Origin: Octopus bimaculoides
Lineage: Eukaryota
Length of the DNA stretch: 64,000 bases
Reading direction: 5' to 3'
Assembly: GCF_001194135.2 (NCBI RefSeq)
Contig: NC_068998.1
Coordinates: 33,507,871-33,571,870, forward strand
The notes under the pieces were generated by a model that did no database searches, was not told the DNA's origin, and was given only the letters and a program-made list of their open reading frames with translations. Position numbers and translations under genes: made by a program. Of this stretch, positions 25,154 through 38,309 are shown piece by piece (within the stretch, counting starts at the first letter, position 1; each line of letters opens with the position of its first letter).

Positions 25154-26473
25154 TTGACCAATAATCAAAATTACCATGAGGAACTATATTTTGCAATGTA
25201 TCATTCTTATTTAAGACAATAGTGTGATTTTAGAGAGATTTGGCTGCTATTTAAAGCAAATTGGGTGTGTAGACTCACCTTCACTGACTCAACCATTACC
25301 AATTATTTTAAGCCGGAAACCCAGAACTAATATTCATATCCAACCAGTCATAACTTGTATGGGAAGTTGAAAGAGGGAGCTAATGTCCTTAAAGGTTTAT
25401 TCAGCCATTTCAAATATTCCTTGTAAGCTTATACTTGTCAGCCTTGCATTGCTAACTGGCTTTTATTACGTTCCTGTATGTACACTAAAATGGCAATGCT
25501 TCCAGTAAATTACATGATCTTACTTTTAGATTAAATATTATAAGCTATTTATGAGTTCGGAAGAAGAAATATTGCTTTAGAATATCTGCCAAAGTTTTAT
25601 TAGACTCTCATTTGATAGGGAAATATTCCTTATAACATAAAATATAATGTGGCAATAGCTTGTTGAGAAACTGGTAGCTAAAAACATTCCAAACAAATAT
25701 TTTAAAGAATTACTATTGATAAATTTCTCAATATTGTGTGATGCTATCAGCATTATATGCATGAAGTTGTGAAATGAGTTACTATTCCTATGGATAAATA
25801 CTAGAATGTTAACCTTATATTTACTGATATTTCTGTTTTTGTTTTGTCTAGAGGGAACAACATGAATGTTTCAGTTTTACTTTGTTATGAGATGTTATGT
25901 AAATATACATGGAATTGAACTCACACAAATCTGTTTCATAGAGGGTGCCATCAAGGTATATTCATTTATGTTATGTTCACTTTTCTGGTCATGATAGAGT
26001 CACTTGAAGCTGAGCTAAACAACTATTGTGTATCAATCCAACAGATTCAGGATTAAGCAATATTCCCAATCCTATTCCATCAGAACTACACTTTCATGAA
26101 ACTTGTATTCTACTAACACTGCCGAGCTGAAGTTGAATCTGAGCATCAAGACTATAACTCTACAAAACTATGGACAGTGTTGATTCTTCAATGCATTTGA
26201 TTATAAAAAAATGAACTAAACTGTGGAGAAGACTCATTTCTCTCATAGTAAAATTAATGTAATAATATTTTGATACTTTGAAGAGCGGATACAGTTGCAT
26301 GGCAGAAAAGCTCATTTCATAACCACATAGTTTTGAGGTTCATCCCACAGTGTAGCAGCATAAGTGAGTGTCTGTTAACACTGCTCCAGGTTGAATAATG
26401 TCTGATAGATGGAAACTCTACAGAAGACTATTGTGTGTAAAAATATGTATATATAAATATACATACATGCATA

Positions 26474-26639
26474 TCTAATATAATAAATGCGAAAACTAAT
26501 TTCTGTGTGTCAGTGTGTCACACTCAGACTCCCTCTCTCACTATTCAATGACACTCCTACTACTATGTCTCTTTCACAGAAATTCCTGTCGCCTACATAC
26601 TGAACACTATCATTTTTGTTTTATTGTTTGCTTTCTTTA

Positions 26640-26682
<43 letters not shown>

Positions 26683-26704
26683 AAATACACNNNNNNNNNN
26701 TTTA

Positions 26705-26747
<43 letters not shown>

Positions 26748-27616
26748 AAATACACTTTAATTGAGATAAAGTTTCCTCAAAATTAACATATCTAATATAA
26801 TAAATGTGAATGTTAGTGAGTCACACTTTTTCAACTTTAATAAATCCTTTGTACTGGATGCACAAGCTTCAAATTTTGGAGGAAGGGATTAAGTCAATTA
26901 CATTAACCCCAGTACATAACGGGTATTAATTTTATCGATCCCGAAAGAATGAAAGTTAAAGTCAACCTCGGTGGAATTCAAACTCAAAACCTAACAGCAG
27001 ATGAAACACCACTAAGCATTTTGCCTGGAGTACTAAGGATTCTGCCTGCTCACTGCCTTAATATAATATAATACAATATAATAAATGTGACTGTCAGTGT
27101 ATCTCACTTTTCAACTTTACTCGTAGGGGCCGTAGCCCAACATGTCATACCATTTTGATATCAGGCTGACTCCGTGAGTAAATTAAAAATATTCTGGGTC
27201 AAATCCAGACCCACAATCTGGAAATTTTGGATTCCCAAGTTTTCATTAATGTGATTGTTTGCAGTGATTTTTTTGCATGACTTTTGGCAACAAATGTTTT
27301 TGCATGATAGCAATTTTTATAATCTAAAGGCTAACTCCATGAGTAAATTAAAAACATTCCAGGTTGAATCCGGACTTGCAATCCAGAAATTTTTGATTTC
27401 TATGTTTTCATTACTGCAATTGTTTGTGGAAATTTTTTTTCACATGATTATTTGTGATGGACATAATCATCATTGGGATATGACTCTGGAGGAAGCAATT
27501 GCAACAAATTCTCCAAACAAGTCAGAGATCTCTTTACAGATCTTCCCATTCAGGTCAGTTGCTTAAAAACTATATACAAGCTTAAGAGCCACCTGATAGG
27601 CTGGCTTTTAAGCTAG
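26474..27616 (+). mobile_element. Non-autonomous Helitron-like element with a reiterated 5' end and an internal ~165-bp tandem duplication
   Basis: The a|TCTAATATAATAAATG start recurs at about 26474, 26790 and 27075 (the last partial). A 3' hairpin agcca-cct-gat-agg-c-tggct is followed by CTAG at 27613-27616. The duplicated unit ggct.actcc.tgagtaaattaaaaa occurs at about 27164 and 27329. Confidence 0.55.
26865..27060 (-). mobile_element. Deu/Nin-domain tRNA-SINE
   Basis: Minus strand has an A-box head, a gagtttgaattcc B-box, and the central domain gttgactttaactttcattctttcgggatcgataaaattaatacc. Confidence 0.8.
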
Positions 27617-27636
27617 CATATATATATATATATATG

Positions 27637-27791
27637 TACTCTTTTATTATTTGTTTCAAGACTTATTCTTCGTAAGCCTAGTACTTATTCTATCAATCTC
27701 TTTTGCTGAACCACTACGTTATGGGGATGTAAACACGGCCACATCGGTTGTCAAGCGATGGTGGGGGACAAACACAGACACACAAATATAT

Positions 27792-27871
<80 letters not shown>

Positions 27872-28030
27872 GATGGTCTTCTTTCAGTTTCTGTCTGCCA
27901 AATCCACTCACAAGGCTTTGGTCAGCCCGAGGCTAGAGTAGAAGACACTTACCTAAGGTGCCATGCCATGGGGCTGAATCCAGACCATGTGGTTGGAAAG
28001 TAAGTTTCTTACCACACAGCCACACCTGCA
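27637..28030 (-). mobile_element. tRNA-derived SINE (same family as 15431) with an expanded internal (CA)/(TA) tract
   Basis: Reverse complement of the family head (tgcaggtgtggctgtgtggtaagaaac...) and tail. Confidence 0.87.
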
Positions 28031-28047
28031 CTTAAATAGCTTCTTGT

Positions 28048-28203
28048 CACATATTAAAGCTGCAAAATTATCACAAAACTGTTACTCAGAGTTCCACGTT
28101 CCTGTCATTGGACAGTTGTGATAAAAGTACACGATTGTCCGACAAATGGGAATGTGAAGCTCTCAGCAACAGTTCTGGGATAATTTTGCAGCTTTAATAT
28201 GTG
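28048..28203. mobile_element. Hairpin MITE with ~65-bp imperfect arms
   Basis: cacatattaaagctgcaaaattatc... / ...gataattttgcagctttaatatgtg. Confidence 0.78.
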
Positions 28204-28320
28204 TTTACTCTACATTTGATGTTCGGGTACTATTTTTTCCACATTGTTTTGCACTTATGTTATGTTTTTTCCACATTGTTATGCACTTATATATACAGAC
28301 GTATATATATATATATATAT

Positions 28321-28503
28321 AAAAGCACCCATTACACACCCAGAGTGGTTGGCATTAGGAAGAGTATCCAGCCATAGAAAACCATGCCAAGTCAGACTGG
28401 AGTCTGGTGCAGCCTTCCAGCTTACCAGCCCTGGTCAAACTGTCCAACCCATGCCACCATGGACAGCAGACATTAAATGATGATGATGTTGATGATGATG
28501 ATG
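28321..28503 (+). mobile_element. RTE LINE 3'-end fragment with (GAT)n tail
   Basis: aaaagcaccca...gagtggttggcattaggaag...tccaacccatgcc...cattaaatgatgatgatg, homologous to 33262-33440. Confidence 0.88.
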
Positions 28504-28720
28504 ATATATATATATATATATATATGCACATATATAAATTTAAAAAATGGAATCAAATGCAGGTGTTCTTCAAATCATTTATACTTCCAACATATATTTA
28601 CATAGAGGCAGAATTAATGTCAACATATGTTGGAAGTATAAATGGTTTGAAGAACACTTGCAATTTTTTCCTTGTTATTCGTACACATTGAAAAACTATA
28701 CATACATATATACATATATG

Positions 28721-28772
<52 letters not shown>

Positions 28773-28801
28773 TATGCATTGATATACATACATGTAGATA
28801 T

Positions 28802-28847
<46 letters not shown>

Positions 28848-30198
28848 ATTTATACACACACATACACACCCACGTATGTATACTTGGCTATATGTTTGTG
28901 TGCATGTGTAATTGCTTATTTGTATGTGTCTCTGTTATTGATTCTATTGTTACTAAATGTGGGATGGTGATGTTGTTTCTCTGCCATAAATATTACTTCC
29001 TGTGTCCTGGTAGTTTCGTCAGATTTTAATGAGTGAATCTAAGTGGAATAAAAATACTTTACTTGAAAATCAAGTAAGTGTGAGCAAGTGTAAGGGATAT
29101 TATCTGTAGAATACTGCTTCAGTAAATCTTCAACAAGCCAAGTATGTTTAGAAAAAATAAATATTAAAACGTTTAGGAAAATGATATACAAGGAAGCATA
29201 GCTGGAAGGCTATAAAGGTAAATTCCACCAGCACGAATACCGTATTCTTAGAAAAGAGAAAAACTTAGTGCTTACGGGAATAAACTTACAGACCATTTCT
29301 TCTCTGCTTCTACAGGGATAAATAACATTATAAATAGCATTACAATCTCCCGAATGAATTGCACATATTACAGAGAAATAAGATTTTAATTTTGCCTTTT
29401 GAATTTTGATCTTTGCTGAAGCTAAGAAATATGAACCATTTCTAATCAAAAGTTGAAGATATTTTACATTTGGGATTGAATTTAATTAATCGGGAAAGGA
29501 ATTGAATATAAATAATTCTCTTTTTTATATATATGTATCTTTTTATGCTTGTCATATGAAACATGAATTCCATTTCAGCAATGATATTAAATTTGGATAT
29601 ACAATTATGAAGAAAATATTCATACATATTAATTCTTTTGTATACTCAAGTTTCAATTTCAAGAAAATCAGAAGGAGAAAGACACAAATTTACATGGAAC
29701 TATTGAACTGGGAATATGAATGATGATAATGAAACATTTATATTAGATGTAAATGGAGGTATTTTTATGTAGTTGATTTAGAAAAAAAAGAAATTCAAGA
29801 TTGTACAATTTATTTATCAGAAGGACAAATTCTAATTTGAAATGTAAATAAATAGGATTATTTCTTCATTTATTTTAAAGCATAAACATTCATAGGCTTA
29901 TAAAGATTGGAAAAAGAATATCTGTTTCATGGATTATGTGGCTTGGGAAATGTTTTTCAAACTTTTGAAACAAAGGAATTCAAACTAAATTACATTTTCT
30001 GTGACTTCTTATTACTTNNNNNNNNNNNNNNNNNNNNNNNNNNNNNNNNNNNNNNNNNNNNNNNNNNNNNNNNNNNNNNNNNNNNNNNNNNNNNNNNNNN
30101 NNNNNNNNNNNNNNNNNNNNNNNNNNNNNNNNNNNNNNNNNNNNNNNNNNNNNNNNNNNNNNNNNNNNNNNNNNNNNNNNNNNNNNNNNNNNNNNNNN

Positions 30199-30246
<48 letters not shown>

Positions 30247-30306
30247 GTATATATATACGTATATATATATGTATTTATATATATATGTGTGTGTATGCAT
30301 ATACAT

Positions 30307-30340
<34 letters not shown>

Positions 30341-30547
30341 ACACATATATATATATGTGTGTGTGTAGACGTATGTATGTATGCATGTACATTTCTATGT
30401 ACATATGTATGTATAAAAACAAAAATAAGAATGGAGAAATCACATCTTTAATTGGGGATTACACCATACATTACCAACAATCATTATTAATCCTTTTTAC
30501 TTCTTATACATACTCTCTCTCTCTCTCTCTCATGCACATTTAGAAAG

Positions 30548-30593
<46 letters not shown>

Positions 30594-30600
30594 GTAGGTA
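30199..30600. repeat. Compound (TA)n/(CA)n/(CT)n/(AGAT)n microsatellites
   Basis: Read directly from the sequence. Confidence 0.95.
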
Positions 30601-31194
30601 GACAGATATGTAGGTATAGTCATATGCTCACATACACACTTATATATACTCATCTGTTTGTTCATTTTGCATCCATTTACTCCAACTTAGCATGAGTTAT
30701 ATGAATACAAAATATTGAAGCATTGTTTAACAGTGGGAGGCCTTTCCTGTCGCTCCATGGATTTTAAACCATGTTAAATCATTTCCAATGTCCTTTAATT
30801 TGAAGTTCATGAATTCATCTGACAAAAAACGGTTTCTTTACAATGATGCAATGTTTTCATTAATAAATTAATGGAGTTGTTAGAAACGGGCATAATGGAT
30901 TGGCACCCATACTTCTACTGTTACTCATTTATATTTTTTATTCACCTGTCTTAGAATCTGCCCTTCGTAAATATTATGGACTGTATATTTAATATAATGT
31001 ACTTGTCTGGATAGTTCAAGAACAGATTTCTTCACTCATCTGGTTCTAATTGTCTATATACACTGCAGGAATATTATTTGGCTGGTACTTATGTACCAAT
31101 TTTGATGTTTACATAATAATGTATGTATATATTATTCTGACTTAATGAGTTGCCTCAATTTAAGTACCTAATTCAACTGGATCTTACTTGGCAG

Positions 31195-33440
31195 TGTTGG
31201 CCTAGTCACCCATATAGTTAACCAGCTGATACATGAATGAGTCATACTCAATAACTGGTGTAGCAGCACCATAGTCAACTGCTACAAAGGTAAAGGTGAC
31301 GCTTTAGATACAAATAATTACAGAGGTATCAAGTTGTTGGATCAAGTAATGAAAGTCACGGAGAGGTTCATAGCCCAACTAATTAGGGAGAGAGTCAGTT
31401 TAGATGAGATGCAGTTTGGGTTCATGCCAAGGAAAAGCACCACTGATGCTACATATTTCTGGTAAGACAGCTGCAGGAGAAATACCTAGCCAAAGATAAA
31501 CCTCTGTATCTGGCTTTCGTTGACATGGAGAAAGCCTTTGACAGGGTCCCCCGCTCCCTTATCTGGTGGTCAATGAGGAAACTTGGGATAGATGAATGGT
31601 TAGTGAGAGCTGTGTGAGCCATGTACAGGGACGCTGTTAGTAAGGTGAGGGTTGGCAACGAGTACAGTGAAGAATTCCGTATAGAGGTAGGGGTCCACCA
31701 AAGTTCAGTCCTCAGCCCCCTCCTATTTAACATAGTCCTCCAGGCAATAACACAGGGATTCAAGACAAGTTGCCCCTGGGAGCTCCTGTATGTTGATGAC
31801 CTTGCTCTAATTGCTGAGTCACTATAAGAACTAGAGGGGAAGTTTCAGGTATGGAAACAAGAATTAGAATCGAAGGGCCTTAGAGTCAACCTAGCTAAAA
31901 GTAAAGTCCTAATAAGTAGGAAGGTAGACAAACCACAGACCCCTTCAGGTAGATGGCCCTGCTCAATCTGTAGAAAAAGCGTAGATAGAAACTCTATAAG
32001 ATGTACCCAGTGCAAGCTATGTACACATAAGAGGTGCAGTAATATCAAAGGAAGGCTAACTAGGAAGATAGTTTTTGTATGTGGCAGATGTTCAGAAGCA
32101 GTAAACACTGAAAATGTGCAGAAAACAACTTCTGCTACATTCCAGGGAGAAAAACTAGAAGTAGTTGATAGCTTCTGTTACCTAGGTGACTAAGTCAGTA
32201 GCAGGGGAGGCTGCGCTGAAAGTGTAGCTGCTAGAATAAGAATAGTCTGGGCAAAGTTCAGAGAGCTCTTACCTCTGCTGGTGACAAAGGGCCTCTCGCT
32301 CAGAGTAAAAGGCAGACTGTATGATGCATGTGTACGAACAGCCATGTTACATGGCACTGAAACATGGGCCATGACTGCTGAGGACATGCGTAAGCTCACA
32401 AGAAATGAAGCCAGTATGCTCCGCTGGATGTGTAATGTCAGTGTGCATACTCGACAGAGTGTAAGTTCCTTGAGAGAAAAGTTGGACCAAAGAAGCATCA
32501 GTTGTGGTGTGCAAGAGAGACAATTGCACTGGTATGGTCATGTGGTGAGAATGGATGAGGATAGCTGTGTCAAAAAGTGCCACACCCTTGCAGTTGAAGG
32601 ACCCTGTGGAAGAGGTAGACCCAGGAAGGAAGACCTGGGAGGAGGTGGTGAAGCATGACCTTCGAACATTAGGCCTCACCGAGGCAATGACTAGTGAAAC
32701 TTTGGAAATTTGCTGTGCATGAGAAGACCCGGCAAGCCAAGTGAGACCATAATCCCTGGCCTTTGCCAGTGGTGTAACCAATCCACTTATGTGTACCTTT
32801 CCTTCATTGGACACTAAACTCTGCTTCCGAAGACTTGTTGAGGCAAGTGAAATCGAAATCAAACTAAATTCGATGACTAGCCAACCTAGGCCAACCTTTC
32901 CTTCATTGGACACTAAACTCTGCTTTTGAAAACCTGTTGGGGCAATCGAAATCGTAATTGAACCAAATTCGATGACTGGCACCTGTGCCAGTGGAGCACT
33001 AACAGCACCGTCCAAGCATGATCATTGCCAGTGCAGCTGTCTGGCTTCCGTGCTGGTGGCACGTAAAAAGTACCATTTGAGCATGATCTTTACCAGTGTC
33101 ACCTTACTGGCACTTGTGCCGGTGGCATATGAAAAAACATTCGAGCGAGGTCCTTGCCAGTGCTGCTGAACTGGCTCCTGTGCAGGTGGTATGTAAAAAG
33201 CACCATTTTGAGCATGGACGTTGCCAGTACTGCCAGACTGGCCCTTGTGCCGGTGGCACGTAAAAGCACCCACTACACTCTCAGAGTGGTTGGCGTTAGG
33301 AAGGGCATCCAGCTGTAGAAACTCTGCCAGATCAGATTGGAGCCTGATGCAGCCATCTGGTTCGCCAGTCCTCAGTCAAATCGTCCAACCCATGCTAACA
33401 TGGAATGTGGATGTTAAATGATGATGATGATGATGATGAT
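31195..33440 (+). mobile_element. 5'-truncated RTE-clade LINE: RT domain, PHD-like finger, 3' UTR and (GAT)n tail; defective
   Basis: Motifs are YKGKGDALDTNNYRGIKLL, EMQFGFMP, AFVDMEKAFDRVP, GVHQSSVLSPLLF, YVDD (31789-31800) and KGRLYDACVRTAMLHG...WYGHVVRM...RGRPRK. Frameshifts and stops are present. Confidence 0.95.
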
Positions 33441-34171
33441 ATATATATATANNNNNNNNNNNNNNNNNNNNNNNNNNNNNNNNNNNNNNNNNNNNNNNNN
33501 NNNNNNNNNNNNNNNNNNNNNNNNNNNNNNNNNNNNNNNNNNNNNNNNNNNNNNNNNNNNNNNNNNNNNNNNNNNNNNNNNNNNNNNNNNNNNNNNNNNN
33601 NNNNNNNNNNNNNNNNNNNNNNNNNNNNNNNNNNNNNNNNNNNNNNNNNNNNNNNNNNNNNNNNNNNNNNNNNNNNNNNNNNNNNNNNNNNNNNNNNNNN
33701 NNNNNNNNNNNNNNNNNNNNNNNNNNNNNNNNNNNNNNNNNNNNNNNNNNNNNNNNNNNNNNNNNNNNNNNNNNNNNNNNNNNNNNNNNNNNNNNNNNNN
33801 NNNNNNNNNNNNNNNNNNNNNNNNNNNNNNNNNNNNNNNNNNNNNNNNNNNNNNNNNNNNNNNNNNNNNNNNNNNNNNNNNNNNNNNNNNNNNNNNNNNN
33901 NNNNNNNNNNNNNNNNNNNNNNNNNNNNNNNNNNNNNNNNNNNNNNNNNNNNNNNNNNNNNNNNNNNNNNNNNNNNNNNNNNNNNNNNNNNNNNNNNNNN
34001 NNNNNNNNNNNNNNNNNNNNNNNNNNNNNNNNNNNNNNNNNNNNNNNNNNNNNNNNNNNNNNNNNNNNNNNNNNNNNNNNNNNNNNNNNNNNNNNNNNNN
34101 NNNNNNNNNNNNNNNNNNNNNNNNNNNNNNNNNNNNNNNNNNNNNNNNNNNNNNNNNNNNNNNNNNNNNNN

Positions 34172-34216
<45 letters not shown>

Positions 34217-34807
34217 TTATCATTCAACTACGGTAGTAGTTAAATAATATTCTTAAGGTCACAATTTACTCACATGCAGCTCCTTTCAGAGCCTGTCGCT
34301 AATTCAGTGCGTAACCAAATTGAAAAGTGTTAGCCTTTTTGAAGAGGACTGGTCCCTAGCTACATTTTGGTATAACAAAAATTAAGATTTGATCCAGTAG
34401 AAAAAAGTTTGCATCAAAATTTGTAGCAATATTATAGGAGAGTAAGCAATGCCACCAATCAAGTTTAGAGCTAAATAACTTTTTTATTTTAAAAGCAAAA
34501 TATATTTATCTTAGCATCAATGATAGAAGAAAGCATGAGAATTTCATAGTTTTGTTCCGATGCAACAAAAATTTGTACCAAAAACATTGAGAGGCAAAAT
34601 ATCATGAAAAAAATATAAGGAAAAAATTGGATTTAAGTATGATTAACTTTTTTATTCTAAAAACAAACTATAAGAGGACTTTTAATATATGTCACTGGCA
34701 TCATTGAGGTAAGGAAAAAAATTATCAATGGCACCAATAATTTATGTATTTGAGACATTATTAATAAGCATAATAGCATAGCCTAAAAATAAAACATGGA
34801 TTACATA

Positions 34808-35657
34808 GAAAAATGCGAGCAAGAGAAATAATATTCTGAAGATTATAAAGTTATTACACTTGGAAAAGTTCAGGACAGCTTATTACATCTAGTAAAGTAC
34901 AGATTAAAAACATTTGTGCTTAAAATATTGCAGCTAAGGATGAAATTTGAATATTAAAAATTACTTGATTTTAATTTACAAAGTAACATTATAATTGAAA
35001 AAGGTACCACCATTTTGTTAAAATATTGACACACTAGAATAATTAAAAAATGAGAGCCAGAAGTACCAATATATTTTATGCAAATTAGAATAGTATATAT
35101 AGTAGGCAAATTCATGATGTAAAAAATAGGCATTGGGTCAAGACTAAAAATGTGAAGACTTAGGAATAACTTAAGCAATAACTCAAATGAATTTTGCTGT
35201 GAATTTGTTGTTATGGATAGTGTTTATTGTAGCATATAACTAATTTTTGTATTACTCTATTCATTGTACTAACTAATTATGTACTACTATTATTTTTCAA
35301 ATTACTATTTAAACATTTTTAATTATTAATTAATAATAAAAACAATGAATTTTTTTAAAGTGCAAAAATATTTTGATTTATTTCTTATTTTTAATAGAAG
35401 TAACAAGTAATAACAAATAGAAGTAATAACTTGAAATAAAATTATTAGTTTTCATAAAAGCTAGCATTTTCTAAATCTAAGTATTTTATTTGAAATTTTA
35501 TCCTTAACTGCAATATTTTAAGTGAAAATGTTCTTGTTCTGCACCTTACCAGATGTAATAAGCTGTCCTGAACTTTTCCAAGAGTAATAACTTGTCCTGT
35601 AATTTTCTAGGTTTATAATCTTAAGAATATTATTTCTCTTGCTTGCATTTTCCTCTC
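34808..35657. repeat. Long imperfect inverted repeat (~165-190-bp arms, ~500-bp spacer), probably a non-autonomous DNA transposon
   Basis: gcaagagaaataatattct.aagattataaa...ttggaaaagttcaggacagcttattacatct at 34818-34890 is mirrored at about 35545-35645. Confidence 0.75.
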
Positions 35658-35709
35658 TAACATATAATGTATGTTTGTATGTATGTATTTATGTATGTGT
35701 GTGAGTGTG

Positions 35710-35761
<52 letters not shown>

Positions 35762-35967
35762 TGAAATTAGTTGCAGCAAATTATCTATGATAGATGCTCT
35801 TCCTGTCGTCAACCCTCAAAGAAAAGAAAAAACTATTTTATAGTAAGTTGATATTTTCTTGTAGCAGGACATATTTTCAAAGAAGACTGGAGGTGCAAGG
35901 CATTGTTTCTATGACAATGATGTTTTTTACAACTCTCAGGCAATATCAAAACATGGAGAAATAAGCA

Positions 35968-36015
<48 letters not shown>

Positions 36016-36399
36016 TACATGTGTTTATCTGGTATGCATACATGTATGACTGTACATGAAATGTGCATGCTTAAATATACATCCATACATACAATATGTA
36101 TTTTTGAGAATCTGTACGTCTATCTGGTTATGGAGATATGCATGGCTTACATTGTATTACTTCTGTGTTGCTCATGCATTTTAATTCATGGCTTCAGAGT
36201 GCTACAGAGAAACAGTTTGATTGACTAAAGGATAACAAATTTCTTACTCAAACTGCTTTAAAGATTAACATTTTATAAGCAGACAACATAAAATTAATCT
36301 AAGTTGTAAACGGAAACACAATTGTTATCAATAACACCATTACTATTTTATTATCGTTATTTATTCATTTTGTTGTTCCTGTTGTTGTTGTTGTTGGTG

Positions 36400-37020
36400 G
36401 TGGTGCAAACATGGCTGTGTGGTTCAGAAGCCCACCTTCTTATAATGTGGTTTCAGGTTCAGACCCAGTGTGCAAAACCTTGTGCAACAGTCTTTTACTT
36501 TAGTGCCACGTTGACCGATGCCTTATGGAAGAATTTGGTTGACAGAAATTCTGTGGAAGCCAATCCAGCATGACTGTAGCTGCTCAATTTAAACACACAA
36601 AAGAGCAAATGAATATATATAAATATGTATATGTATAGGCGCAGGAGTGGCTGTGTAGTAAGTAGCTTGCTTTCCAACCACATGGTTCTGGGTTCAGTCC
36701 CACTGCGTGGCACCTTGGGTGAGTGTCTTATACTATAGCCTCAGGCTGACCAAAGCCTTGTGAGTGGATTTGGTAGATGGAAACTGAAAGAAGCCTGCCG
36801 TATATATGTCTATATATATGTGTATGTGTTTGTCCCCCCAACATCGCTTGACAATCGATGCTAGTGTAAACACACTAGCGGTTCGGTAAAAGTGACCGAT
36901 AGAATAAGTACTAGGCTTTCAAAGAATAAGTTCTGGAGCTGATTTGTTCGACTAAAAGCGGTGCTTCAGCATGGCCGCAGTTAAATGACTGAAATAAGTA
37001 AAATATAAAAGAGTAAAAGC

Positions 37021-37083
<63 letters not shown>

Positions 37084-37365
37084 CACATATGTATGTACCT
37101 ATGTATATATATATATATATATATACACATATGTATGTACCTATGTATGTCTTTGTGGTGTGTTTGTCCAACCACCACTGCCTGATAACTTGTGCTCATT
37201 TGCTTATGTCACCTTAACTTCGCAGTTGGGTAAAATAAAAAAAGACCAAAAGAATAAGTACCAGGCTTAAAAATAAAATAGGTACTGGAATTGATTTATT
37301 TCACTAAACCCTTCAAGGCAGTGCTCCAGCATGACCACAGTCTAATGACTGAAACAAGTAAAAGA
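36400..37365 (+). mobile_element. Cluster of three same-orientation tRNA-SINE pieces (5' half 36400-36575, full copy 36638-37020, 3' half about 37150-37365)
   Basis: Homology to the 15431 copy. The full copy has ggcgcaggagtggctgtgtagtaag...gggttcagtccc. Confidence 0.87.
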
Positions 37366-38080
37366 TCAGCACATCATACTAAATTTTAAACAATAAACTC
37401 AAGTATAATTTTAAAGATATTATCAAAATTTATGAGTATTTCCATGCAAGTAGTAAAGGTGGCCACTGCAACTGGTCCTGACTTGTGTATGTATGTATAT
37501 GCATATGTAAATGTGTTGTATTTAATTTGGATGAATTTTAGTAATGAGTCATTGAAAAATTGTTAGTAAAAGCACTGATTTAGAAAATCTCATCAGAATG
37601 GTTTAATGATATCAACTAATGGCCAAAAATGGACAAGAGGGCAAAAGTGCAAATGTTTTCAAAGTGATGAAATGATCTGAGGCGTCAGTATTGATGCCAG
37701 CATAGAATTGTTTAAACTGTATCAGAGTGGAAAAATAAATCAGGTATAAGCATATTGATGATGTAGGATGTATTGAAGCTGATTGAATAATTTACCATGC
37801 AATTAGAAGTTTCCATTTCTCAAAATTCTTACATCATTTAACATCACTGTGACAGTGACTGGAGTACATCATTACTGATTTCTGAATGAACAAGCCCAGT
37901 TTTGATGCTTAGTTTAATCTTGTTTTAATTATTTTGGAAATTTAAGTGCCTTTATAACTAGTCTCTCATTATTCCAGAAACTCAAAGCTTTACATTCATT
38001 TACAAAATTCTTATATTTGATATTTTTCTCAAGCTGGCTGAAGAAATCAGGAAAAGTGTGGAAAATTTGAACGATATTCC

Positions 38081-38309
38081 TTCACCCTGCAGCACTCAGA
38101 TTACTCTGTCAAATGTAATGCTTATTTATTCACATTGTTGTGAATTAATCATGCATTATCTTGTAACAGCAAGATTTCAATGGTGTGATCATTTTATTTT
38201 TAGAATACCATTGGAGGATAGCTGTGAGAGGCCAGATCTGGCTGGTTTGAACACAAAACAAGTAAATTATTTGGGTTGGATATGGCCTGTTTGAATGCTA
38301 AATGGTTAA
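38081..38309. mobile_element. piggyBac-like MITE with TTAA-type ends
   Basis: Degenerate TIRs ttcaccctgcagcactcag / ttgaatgctaaatggttaa. Confidence 0.6.

Noticed and set aside
26636-26755. Duplicated tttaata(ca)n taaaatacac on both sides of a 10-N gap
   Set aside because: An assembly artefact around a microsatellite.
32190-33421. Antisense and 3' UTR ORFs over the RTE elements (also 23912-25157 plus and 60243-61096)
   Set aside because: They are shadow frames of LINE sequence or of its UTR repeats.
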